Origin: an uncultured bacterium
GTDB lineage: Bacteria; Hydrogenedentota; Hydrogenedentia; Hydrogenedentales; JAEUWI01
Direction: 5' to 3'
DNA length: 24,255 nucleotides
Assembly: GCA_963977445.1 (NCBI GenBank)
Contig: CAXBPH010000087.1
Coordinates: 1-24,255, forward strand
In this document: positions 1 through 9,000 of the stretch, in pieces
How the letters are laid out: each line of letters begins with the position of its first letter
How positions within the stretch are numbered: position 1 is the stretch's first letter
The notes under the pieces: generated by a model
What the model saw: only the letters and a program-made list of their open reading frames with translations
Database searches by the model: none
Told to the model about the DNA's origin: nothing
Position numbers and translations under genes: made by a program

Positions 1-177
1 CGTTGGGGGCGTTGGCGCGGGGGCGGCCTCGACGGGGGGGGCGGTATTTGCGACCTCCGTTGATTCTGGGGCGGGCGGTGCCGGGGGCGAGGAAAACCAG
101 CCCTGCATGATGCCCATGCCCAGGACCAGGGCCAGAATAACGAAAAACGGGGCCATGGAGACGATTTTATCTTTCAT
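1..177 (-). CDS. Partial CDS running off the left edge: N-terminally membrane-anchored protein with a Pro/Ala/Thr-rich linker
   Basis: Not in the ORF track; translated by hand. ATG at 177-175 overlaps the TGA stop of the GT4 gene (ATGA coupling). It reads MKDKIVSMAPFFVILALVLGMGIMQGWFSSPPAPPAPESTEVANTAPPVEAAPAPTPPT with no stop before the window edge. Confidence 0.8.
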   Translation of the reverse strand, partial: MKDKIVSMAPFFVILALVLGMGIMQGWFSSPPAPPAPESTEVANTAPPVEAAPAPTPPT

Positions 178-1466
178 GAATGGACATACCTTGAATAGAT
201 GTCGAGCGTACGTTCGGCCATTCGCTCGGTGGAAAAGTTTTCTTTAACCGCTTCCCTGCCGGTGCTCCCCAGTTCGCGCGCGCGATCCGGATCGAGGAGC
301 AGGGCTTCCAGCGACATGGTGAGCCCGTCGGCATTGGACGGATCATAGAGGAGGCCGCCGCCTGTGGCATTGAGCACCTCCGGAAAGGCCCCGGCCTCGG
401 GTTGCACCACCGGCACACCGGCCGCCAGCGACTCGATGATAAAGAGGCCAAAGGCTTCACCACCGTCCGCCGGCACGGACATGACCGAAATGGACTGGAC
501 AAATTTGCGTCGATCTTCGGCGTTGAAATCATTCAGAAATTCGACATCGTGTTCCATGCCGTGTTTGGCGAGTTTTTTCTTCAGCCACTTGACGTAGACG
601 ATATCGCCACCGACCTGGCCACCCGTTGCCCGCAGCTTGAGGTTGTGAAGTCTGGGGTGTTGTTTCAGATGAATAAAGGCATCCACCAGTCGGCCCAAGC
701 CCAGGGAGTCGGTCATTTTGGAGAGGTATCCGATGACCGGAGGGTCAAAAGAAACGGGCGTCGTGTCTTCGTCGTGGACCTTGATGCCCAGGTGAACGAC
801 ATGGACCTTGTCATCGGGCAGGGACATACGCCGTTTCATGGTGTCGGCATACCATTGGCTCACGGCGACAAAGGCATCAACATCTTTTGATGCCACGGTC
901 ATGGCTTCCCAGCAAAGTTGGTCATGGGGCTCGTCAATGGCATCCAGCCAGGGCTCTTCGTCTTGCAGGCTGCAGAAGAGGGGGACATCCAGCGCGGTTT
1001 TCAGCGTCTTGGCCATGCCCAGCAGGAGGGCGTTGGAGAGGTGGATGACGTCGGGCTTTTCCTGATCCCGGAGCCAGGTAATCATGCGCTCCAGCTCTTT
1101 TTTCTGATGACCATCGGGGCCTTCCAGCATGGAGAGGGTCATGGGGCCGAGTCCGGCGGCTTCGGTGGTGCCTTCCTTCTTTGCGGCCTGCCGGAGCATC
1201 CAGGCGGCGTCGAAAATACGGTCGAGCCACCGGGGTGTGTTGCGGAAGATGGGGAACTTTTGCTGGAGGTAGCAATTGATGCCTCCAAAAAACACGGGGG
1301 TGTCATCATTGATATCGGGCGCATCGATGAGTAAGGGCAGATAGACGGGCACCATGAGCACGTCGTGCCCCTGGCTGCGCAGGGTGCGCACCAGCTCGAT
1401 GTCGCGCATGCAATTCTGGCAATAGAAGGTGCCGCCTGTGCCGGGGACGATGTAGACGATTTTCAT
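174..1466 (-). CDS. Glycosyltransferase family 4 (GT-B fold, retaining) with an N-terminal FYCxxC motif
   Basis: N-terminal MKIVYIVPG strand and KPDVIHLSN. C-terminal EAFGLFIIE (E-x7-E) followed by SLAAGVPVVQP..GAFPEV and ...FSTERMAERTLDIY, all typical of GT4. Confidence 0.92.
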   Translation of the reverse strand: MKIVYIVPGTGGTFYCQNCMRDIELVRTLRSQGHDVLMVPVYLPLLIDAPDINDDTPVFFGGINCYLQQKFPIFRNTPRWLDRIFDAAWMLRQAAKKEGTTEAAGLGPMTLSMLEGPDGHQKKELERMITWLRDQEKPDVIHLSNALLLGMAKTLKTALDVPLFCSLQDEEPWLDAIDEPHDQLCWEAMTVASKDVDAFVAVSQWYADTMKRRMSLPDDKVHVVHLGIKVHDEDTTPVSFDPPVIGYLSKMTDSLGLGRLVDAFIHLKQHPRLHNLKLRATGGQVGGDIVYVKWLKKKLAKHGMEHDVEFLNDFNAEDRRKFVQSISVMSVPADGGEAFGLFIIESLAAGVPVVQPEAGAFPEVLNATGGGLLYDPSNADGLTMSLEALLLDPDRARELGSTGREAVKENFSTERMAERTLDIYSRYVHS

Positions 1467-1539
1467 GGGGTGCAGGGTCCTGTTACGGTTTTGTTGGCGT
1501 GCCTTTTGTACGTTATGCCCATATTCCGTTTAACGCCGC

Positions 1540-2823
1540 TCAGGATTTGCGCAGATCCAGGCATTTCATTTCGCTTTGACTGCGCACGACGAGCATCCCG
1601 TTGGAAAGAGCCATGGGTGACCAGATTTTTTTTCCATCAAGGACTGGAGCCCGGGCGATTTCCACATATTCCTTTGTGGAGGGCGTAATCAAATGAAGAA
1701 TGCCCGTGTTGCCATCGAGATTTAGAATCATGCCATCGGCGAAGAGGAGGTTTCCTCGCTCGAAGCTGGGGAGGTCCTGTTTATCTTCTGTGCGCCAGAG
1801 GAGTTCGCCGTCCAGCGCCATACAGACCATGCCGTCCCGTCGCTTGTTGCCATTGCTGTTGGCGTAGAGGACGTTGTCTATGACGAGTGGCTGGTGAATC
1901 TGGCTGCCCAGTTTATCGGTGGTGAAGAGTTCATGGACCGAAAATCTATCGCCGTCTTTCTTGACCTGAATCATGGCGGAGCCAGCGCCATATTCCCCGG
2001 TGATGAAGAGTCGGTTATCGGAAAGGAGGGTGGCATTGGGGATGGGGATTTTGCACTGCCAGTTATCGTAGGACCACAACACGGCACCGTCTTCCAGAGA
2101 GAGTCCCGCAACCGTGCCGTTCTTACCGCCTGGGGCTGTGACCATGACAACCTGATCCTGACCATCCAGGGTCGTCACCAGCGGCGATGAATAGCCTACG
2201 CCGCCCAACTCTTCACTGGCCCAGATTTGATCGCCTGATTTCTGGTCGTAGGCGGCCACAAAGGCATCGGGTGCCTGGGGTGCGACGATGACCAGGTTCT
2301 TATAGAGCGAGGGTGATTGGGAGAAGCCCCAGTTGGGCACGTCGGTTTTATGTTCCTTGCTGAGGTCTTTCTGCCACAGGATCGCGTGGCTCTTGCGGTC
2401 GAAACAGGTGAATTGTCCCAAGAGTCCTACGGTATAGACATGATCAGCGGTTATCGTCGGGGTCGTGCGGGAACCGTTGTAGCTGGTTGAGCCCGCTGCG
2501 TCGTAGGACGTTTCCCAGAGGATAGTTCCAGATTCCAGCGACAGGCAGCGAAGCACATCGCGCAGGCTTTCTTCCCGATCGAGGAAATAGACTTCGCCAT
2601 CGCGAATGGCGGGGCCGCTGAATCCTTCCTGGGTCGAGAAGGCCCACAGGGTTTTCGGTCCCCCTTCGGGCCAGGTGTGGGCGAGGCCCGTTTCGGGAGA
2701 CATGCCGGTACGTTCCGGACCCTGAAACTGGGGCCAGTCCGAAGCCCATGATGACGTGACGGTCAGGGCGCTTACAAGCGCGACTGCCACGGCGCAGGCG
2801 GCAAGGGGAGTACGATTCAACAT
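1540..2823 (-). CDS. Secreted PQQ-binding-like (BamB-like) beta-propeller protein, about 427 aa
   Basis: Start moved from 2925 to ATG 2823: AAGGAG SD just upstream, followed by signal peptide MLNRTPLAACAVAVALVSALTVTSSWA. DWPQFQGPERTG motif, repeated (C/A)xDxxxGxxxW Trp-docking blades, WSPMALSNG last blade. Confidence 0.88.
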   Translation of the reverse strand: MLNRTPLAACAVAVALVSALTVTSSWASDWPQFQGPERTGMSPETGLAHTWPEGGPKTLWAFSTQEGFSGPAIRDGEVYFLDREESLRDVLRCLSLESGTILWETSYDAAGSTSYNGSRTTPTITADHVYTVGLLGQFTCFDRKSHAILWQKDLSKEHKTDVPNWGFSQSPSLYKNLVIVAPQAPDAFVAAYDQKSGDQIWASEELGGVGYSSPLVTTLDGQDQVVMVTAPGGKNGTVAGLSLEDGAVLWSYDNWQCKIPIPNATLLSDNRLFITGEYGAGSAMIQVKKDGDRFSVHELFTTDKLGSQIHQPLVIDNVLYANSNGNKRRDGMVCMALDGELLWRTEDKQDLPSFERGNLLFADGMILNLDGNTGILHLITPSTKEYVEIARAPVLDGKKIWSPMALSNGMLVVRSQSEMKCLDLRKS

Positions 2824-3047
2824 CTGGGGAACTCCTTCATAATGGACCGTCCCCGGCAGGGCGGGGAAATCCTTTCCGCGCCACAGTTGAAGGAGCGCGG
2901 AGTCTTCGTTTAGAGTTGTATTCACGTCAGGCGGATGCTCATTTCAGCAGCCAACACGATAATCATTAGTATAGGGTAAATCAGGTCCCCTTCGACAATT
3001 TTACTTGGGGCGTCAGGGTGCAACAGAGCCGGAAAGAGGAATCGACG

Positions 3048-4358
3048 ATGGGTTGGACGAATATCAGGAATGTCACGGTACTTTCATTGCTTGCCAGCGT
3101 TTTCTTTGGGATGCAATTTACGGCTGTGGCCGCAGATTGGCCCTATTGGCGCGGTCCCCATTTCAACGGCACGAGCGACGAGACTGGCTTTAGTGGCGCG
3201 GTGTCGGAAGACAAGATCCAGTGGCGCACGCCGATGCCGGGCGCGAGTTCCGCATCGCCCATCGTTGTGGGTGACAGAATCTATTGTGTATCCAATTCGG
3301 GCGACATGGGCGCGCTGGTCGGTTATTGTCTGAATCGGGATACGGGCGACGTGATCTGGCAGAAGGAATTTGTTTCGGGCGTGGAACAACCCCGGCGCAA
3401 TACCCTGGCTTCCCCGTCCCCGGTGACCGATGGGGAGCGTATCTACTTCACCTTTGGTACGGGCGACCTCATCGCCACCGATAGCGATGGAAAGGTTGTC
3501 TGGGCCAAGAACCTGATGGAAGTCTATGGCCCCATCAGCCAGCAATTTGGCTATAGCGCGACCCCCTTGCCTTTCAAGGGAAAGTTGTATGTCGCGATCA
3601 TGCGTGGACAGTGGGACAGGAAGGAGCTTGACGATTTTACCGACGAAGATTCTTACCTTATTTGTCTGGATCCGACGACGGGCGACGAAGTCTGGAAGAC
3701 CCATCGGTCCAGCGACGGACACGATGAGGCCTTTGATTCCTACACGAGCCCCATGCCCTACGATCATGATGGCGTATCAGCCATCATTACCCAGGGTGCC
3801 AATTATGTGATTGCCCACGATACGACGACGGGTAAAGAACTCTGGCGCCAGAATCACAATCCGGAAATGGGCAAGATGTGGCGATTGATACCGTCTCCCG
3901 TGATGGCCGACGGGTTGGTTATTGGTGTCCAGCCCCGTGGACTGTCCCCCTTTGCAATTCGCCCCGAGGCGGGCAAGTCCTTTGCCTTCGATGAGTCCTT
4001 GTGGATTTTTGATGGCAAGACGACGGACGTGCCCACACCCGTTTACGACAATGGTCGGGTATACCTGATGAATGGTGTGCGTAAACTGCTCTATTGCCTT
4101 GATGCCAAGACGGGTAAGGAATTATGGGTTGGGGAAGTGGATGCCGATAGCCGCATCTGGTCGTCGCCTGTTGTTGCCGATGGCAAGATGTTCTGCCTGA
4201 CGGAAGAGGGTCAGGTGGTGACGATGAAGGTGGGCGATTCCTTTGAAATGATATCTACCCTCAGCCTGGGCGGGAAAGAGTGTAAATCGACTATCGCCAT
4301 TTCCGACGGTAAACTGTTTGTCCGCACCTCTGAGGCGCTTTATTGTCTGAAGGGATAG
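3048..4358 (+). CDS. Secreted PQQ-binding-like (BamB-like) beta-propeller protein, about 436 aa
   Basis: ATG 3048 preceded by GAGGA. Signal peptide ending AVA-A, DWPYWRGP motif, repeated LDxxTGxxxW blades, SSPVVADGK. Confidence 0.88.
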   Translation: MGWTNIRNVTVLSLLASVFFGMQFTAVAADWPYWRGPHFNGTSDETGFSGAVSEDKIQWRTPMPGASSASPIVVGDRIYCVSNSGDMGALVGYCLNRDTGDVIWQKEFVSGVEQPRRNTLASPSPVTDGERIYFTFGTGDLIATDSDGKVVWAKNLMEVYGPISQQFGYSATPLPFKGKLYVAIMRGQWDRKELDDFTDEDSYLICLDPTTGDEVWKTHRSSDGHDEAFDSYTSPMPYDHDGVSAIITQGANYVIAHDTTTGKELWRQNHNPEMGKMWRLIPSPVMADGLVIGVQPRGLSPFAIRPEAGKSFAFDESLWIFDGKTTDVPTPVYDNGRVYLMNGVRKLLYCLDAKTGKELWVGEVDADSRIWSSPVVADGKMFCLTEEGQVVTMKVGDSFEMISTLSLGGKECKSTIAISDGKLFVRTSEALYCLKG

Positions 4359-4593
4359 GCCGGGAGGATTTTCTTCGAAACCTTCCGGAAAATGGCCGCT
4401 TCATCCCCGGTCAAGAGTCCGTCACTTATGGCGATGATTTCTCACGTGGTCTACGCTCTATTTATCGATGGCAGCCGATGATGTCAGTTGAAATATGGCC
4501 GGAATTCATTGTGCCCGACCTGTAACACGGGTAGGTCGTGAATGAATGGTAGGGTTCAATCGCGTTGCTGGCAACGAAAAAGAGAGTTCAGGC

Positions 4594-4830
4594 ATGAAGA
4601 AATTACAGATTCTTGGCACGGGATGTGCCACGTGCGAGCGCCTCGCCATCATGACCAAGACGGCGGCAGAGGAACTTGGGCTGGAGTTCAGCCTGGAAAA
4701 GGTTACGGCCATCGAAGACATCATGGCCTTTGATATTGTCGCGACACCGGGTCTGGTGGTCGACGGCGAAGTGAAAGTCTCCGGGCGTCTTCCGTCCGAC
4801 GAAGAAATACGGACCATGCTGGCAGGATGA
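4594..4830 (+). CDS. Small redox-active disulfide protein (MTH895/ArsE-like thioredoxin family), 78 aa
   Basis: MKKLQILGTGCATC (CxxC), EKVTAIEDI, TPGLVVDGEVKVSGRLP are hallmark motifs. ATG at 4594 is preferred to the ORF-track start at 4546. Confidence 0.9.
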   Translation: MKKLQILGTGCATCERLAIMTKTAAEELGLEFSLEKVTAIEDIMAFDIVATPGLVVDGEVKVSGRLPSDEEIRTMLAG

Positions 4831-5294
4831 AGCGCCTTTTCACCATAGCGATTCTGCTGCTCGCTGTGGGCAGTGCCGCCTATGTCTTACGCGATGTGGT
4901 GGGGGGAAAGACGTCCACGGCGGATGCGGCGAATGCCCTGCCTCGTGGAGACAGCGCCCAGCTCATCGTCTACTACTTTGACATGGGAAAAGATTGCAGC
5001 ACCTGTCTCAATCTGGAATCCTACACCCACCAGACGCTCACGACTTATTTCAACGATGCCCTCCAATCGGGCGCGATCGAATGGGCTGTGGTTGATGTAG
5101 ATACGCCCGAAACCAGCCACTTTGTGGAGGACTTTGGACTCTACACCAAGTCGGTTGTTCTGGCCCGATTCGATGGGGAGACGATGACCGGCTACAACAA
5201 TCTGAGTCGCATCTGGGAATTGGTCTACGACAAAGATGCCTTCATGGAATACGTCCGTCTCCAAGTGGAAGAAGCCCGTGGAGCGACTTCGTGA
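4827..5294 (+). CDS. Membrane-anchored periplasmic thioredoxin-like protein (ArsF-like family)
   Basis: N-terminal hydrophobic anchor, LIVYYF..CSTC..LE motif, VDVDTPE..HFVEDFGLYTKSVVL and RIWELV. ATGA overlap with the upstream gene and GTGA overlap with the downstream gene. Confidence 0.75.
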   Translation: MKRLFTIAILLLAVGSAAYVLRDVVGGKTSTADAANALPRGDSAQLIVYYFDMGKDCSTCLNLESYTHQTLTTYFNDALQSGAIEWAVVDVDTPETSHFVEDFGLYTKSVVLARFDGETMTGYNNLSRIWELVYDKDAFMEYVRLQVEEARGATS

Positions 5295-5977
5295 CTGAGT
5301 TTATGGTGGCCATGGGCGGGGCCTTCTGGTTTGGCTTTCTGACTGCCATCAGCCCCTGTCTCCTGGTGACCAACGTAACCGCCATCACCTTTATTGCCCG
5401 CCGCCTCGATCAACCCCGACTGGTGGCCGCCTCCGGGGGCTGCTACATGCTGGGGCAGGCCCTGGGCTTCATTCTTCTTGCCCTGGTGGTCACCACGAGC
5501 CTCGTTTCCATCCCCGTGGTTTCCCATTGGCTACAGGAATACCTGTTTCGCTTGTTGGGCCCTATCCTGCTCGTCGTTGGCCTGTTTCTGCTCGAATTTT
5601 TGACGGTGCCCCTGGGCAGCGGGGCCTTAAAGGGCTGGTCCCAGCGCTTTGCCCATACCGGTACCTTGTGGGCCACCATGCTCCTTGGGCTGCTCTTCGC
5701 CATGTCCTTCTGTCCCACCACGGCGGCCTGGTTTTTTGGTGGTCTCATTCCCCTGGCGTTGGTCAATGACTCCCATATTTTGTTACCCTTCATTTTTGCC
5801 GTGGGAGCGGCCCTACCGGTGCTTGCCATCGTTTTGCTGGTCTTGTTTGCAAATCATCTTCTGGGGCAGAGCCTCCAACGGATTGGTAATTTCGAGTGGT
5901 GGCTACGTCGCGCTACCGGCGTTCTGTTTCTTGGCGTGGGGTTCTATTTTACGTTGATCTATACCTTGGGACTGTAG
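5291..5977 (+). CDS. CcdA/DsbD-TM-like membrane protein (ArsG-like family)
   Basis: About 6 TM helices, with paired membrane Cys motifs LTAISPC and FAMSFCP. Follows the ArsE-like and ArsF-like genes. Confidence 0.8.
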   Translation: MTEFMVAMGGAFWFGFLTAISPCLLVTNVTAITFIARRLDQPRLVAASGGCYMLGQALGFILLALVVTTSLVSIPVVSHWLQEYLFRLLGPILLVVGLFLLEFLTVPLGSGALKGWSQRFAHTGTLWATMLLGLLFAMSFCPTTAAWFFGGLIPLALVNDSHILLPFIFAVGAALPVLAIVLLVLFANHLLGQSLQRIGNFEWWLRRATGVLFLGVGFYFTLIYTLGL

Positions 5978-6018
5978 TTTCCTATCGAAAGTGCATCCTG
6001 ACAATCGGGAGAAATTAC

Positions 6019-9000
6019 ATGCGATTGGGGATTGCCCTTTGTATCTGGAGTTGCGCCTTCCTTGCCCATGGTGAGGTGACGTACTACCGTGATTTGGCCG
6101 CGACGGCTTCTTCGGAGGCCGGAGAAAAATACGGCGCGACCAAGGCCGTCGATGGGAACGATAGTACCCGCTGGGCCTCCAGGGATGGGGCGGAAATGCC
6201 TCAGTGGATCGACCTGCGCTTTGAAGCGCCCACGGTTATCAATTATCTCTACCTGAAGCTATCGGTAGACACGCTCTATTCTCCCTGGGCCGAGGTGGCA
6301 TTGCAGTTTTCTTCCGGTGACCCGGTAGTGTACCCGCTTGCTGCAACCCAGGACGTGGTGTCGCTCCATTTTCCGGAACGTAGCACAGACTTTATACGGA
6401 TAGAGATCCGGCGTGTTCACGAGGCCCGCCATTACGTGGGCGTCTATACGGCCTATGGGGCCTACGACCCGGATGAAAGTCTGAAGGTTCGAGAGGATGC
6501 CCCCAAGCCCGTCGACGAATCAACGCTTACCATTCGGGGGCGTGCGATTCACCCCAGTGTAAACCTGACGCCCGAGGACGTGGTCGCGGCCAAAGCGCGT
6601 GTGGAAAGCTACCCCTGGGCCCGCGCACGTCGAGATACCATCGTGGCGGAGGCCAACAAATGGCTACGTGAGGATGACGCCTATTGGCTGTCTTTGTTGC
6701 CCGAGCCGGGGGCCTGTTATGCCTATGGATTTACCGCATGCCCGATTTGCGACGGGGGCACGGGCACGTGGCAGAAAGCGAACTGTTCCTGGGAGCAGCC
6801 CGGGCAGGTGGTCTGTGTGAATGGTCATAGCTTGCCCGACGAGGAACATCCCGACGCAGGGTCGGGCTACACGGCACCCGATGGGCGCATCCACTATTTC
6901 AAAGGCCAGTTTAATGCCTGGGCCACGGAGCAGTGGACCCAGTATGCCTTGCCATCACTTACCCAGGCGTGGTTGCTGACGGATGACACGCGCTATGCGG
7001 ATCGTGCCATGCTGTTGCTCGATGCCCTGGCATCCATCTACAAAGAATCGACTTCCGGCTCCTGGGATTACCCGAGCAATCCACCGTCGGGGCGTTTTGC
7101 ACGACCGTGGTATCAGGTGGCGCGCACCCTGGTGAAATATGTCGATTTTTATGACCGCCTGTACCATGCTCCCGGCATGGACGAGCCTTCCCTTCGCCCG
7201 GGCGTCACGAAGCGAAAGAACATTGAAGAATATATGCTTCTGGATGGCGCGGCCTATTGCTATAAGAAGACCTTTGCCGGGGGGCTCCACAACGGGCACG
7301 CCGATTATATGCGTGGGGCGCTGGCGGTGGGATGCGTTCTCGATATTCCGGAATATATTTACAATGCGGTCGAGGGGCCCTTTTCCATCCGCACCATGCT
7401 GGCCAACAACATTGATCGGGATGGACGCTACTATGAGTCCTCCCTGGGTTATGCCATCCATGCGCGGTTGCTTTACCTCACCTTTGCGGACCCGCTCTAC
7501 AACTTGCGCAATGCCGAGTACCCCACGGGCATTAACCTCTACGACGACCCGGTGTTTCGCGCGGCGTTTTTATTGCCGGATACTCAGGTGATGCTGGGGG
7601 GACGTCGACCGAATTTTGGGGATTCGGCACCGGACTTTTCCTATCGCGCACCGGAGCCACCCCATGCCAACGGGTCGGATATTGCTTTTCTGGAGCGGCT
7701 CTATGGGCGTACGGAAGACCCCGAACGACGTGCCATATACAATACCTTGCTGGACTGGAGCGAAGCATCGACGGCAGACGCAACGGCGGATGGTGAAAGC
7801 CTCGACTGGCTGCTCTGGCATGGGCGAGAACGTGCGTCCACACCGGAAAAGACTGCGGACTTGCCTGCACCCTACGACCGCCGTATTGCGGGCTCCTGGG
7901 TGGCGGGTATGAAAGGGATGGCCATGCTTCGGGCGGGCGACCAGGCAGTCCTGCTGCGTTACGGCCCCAGCTTAACCCACGGCGATTTCGACGATCTGAG
8001 TCTCCAGTATTACGCGAAAGGCTATGAGCTCTCTTACGATATTGGATACGGCCTGGGTAGCACCCACGTTCAGATTGGCTGGGGCTCGAGCACGGTTTCC
8101 CACAGCCTGGTCACAGTGAATGAGAAGAACCAGATGGGCGGGGAGGGTTCCGGGGGATCATTACACTGGTTTGCATCGCTGCCTACCGTGCAGGCCGTCT
8201 CGGCTTCGTCGGAGGCCAGCTATAGCGCGGAAGGGGTTAGCGCCTATACACGGACGCTGGCGCTTGTTGACGGCACGTATCTGATTGATGCCTTTCATGT
8301 GACCGGTGGGACGCAGCACGATTTTGCCTTCGGCAGCATCGGAACCCAGCTCGACGCCTTTGGAATCGACTCGATTACGGCCCAAGGGGGGAGTCTGGCC
8401 GAGGGGGTTGATTGGGGCCGCAACATTGGTGCGGATGGCGATATCAAGGGCTATCCCAACAAACCCTACTGGAATCCGCCGCCTGGAAATGGATATGGCT
8501 TCTTTAAAGATATTCAACGGGGTCAACCGACGGCGCACTGGGGCGGTGAGTGGACCATTCCCGGCGAAGGCGATGTTCGTTTGCGTATGCACGTTCTGGG
8601 CGATGGGGGCGAGGCAATTATTGTCCATGCGCCGGGTCTCTATCCTAGCAAGCCAGATTCCAGTTATGTAATGGCGCGCAGACAGGGGGAGGCACCCCTT
8701 GAGAGTGACTTTCTGGCCATTTATGAGCCCTTCACCGAGAAGCCCGAGTTATCCGCAGTCAAACGAGTCGGTGCGCAGGCGGTGGAGGTGTTGCGCTCGG
8801 ATAGCCGTACCGACCTTATCCTGTTGGGTAGCCAACGTGCGGAGACGTCCATTGGCGCTGTCGACTTCACGGGCGATTTGGCCTTTTTGAAGGTGCAGGA
8901 CGGTGCGGTCATTCATTGGGAGTTACAGGGGGCCGAGGCGCTGTCCATCAATGGAAAGGCGATTGACCTGCCGCCTGGCGTCTTTGAGGCGAAGGTTACG

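Noticed and set aside
4343..4525. 60-aa ORF as a possible arsR remnant upstream of the arsE-like gene
   Set aside because: No helix-turn-helix or ArsR-like motif is visible.
2824..6018. ORF-track starts at 2925, 3018, 4546 and 5896
   Set aside because: Downstream ATGs (2823, 3048, 4594, 6019) have better SD sequences and/or place signal peptides or family motifs at the N-terminus.
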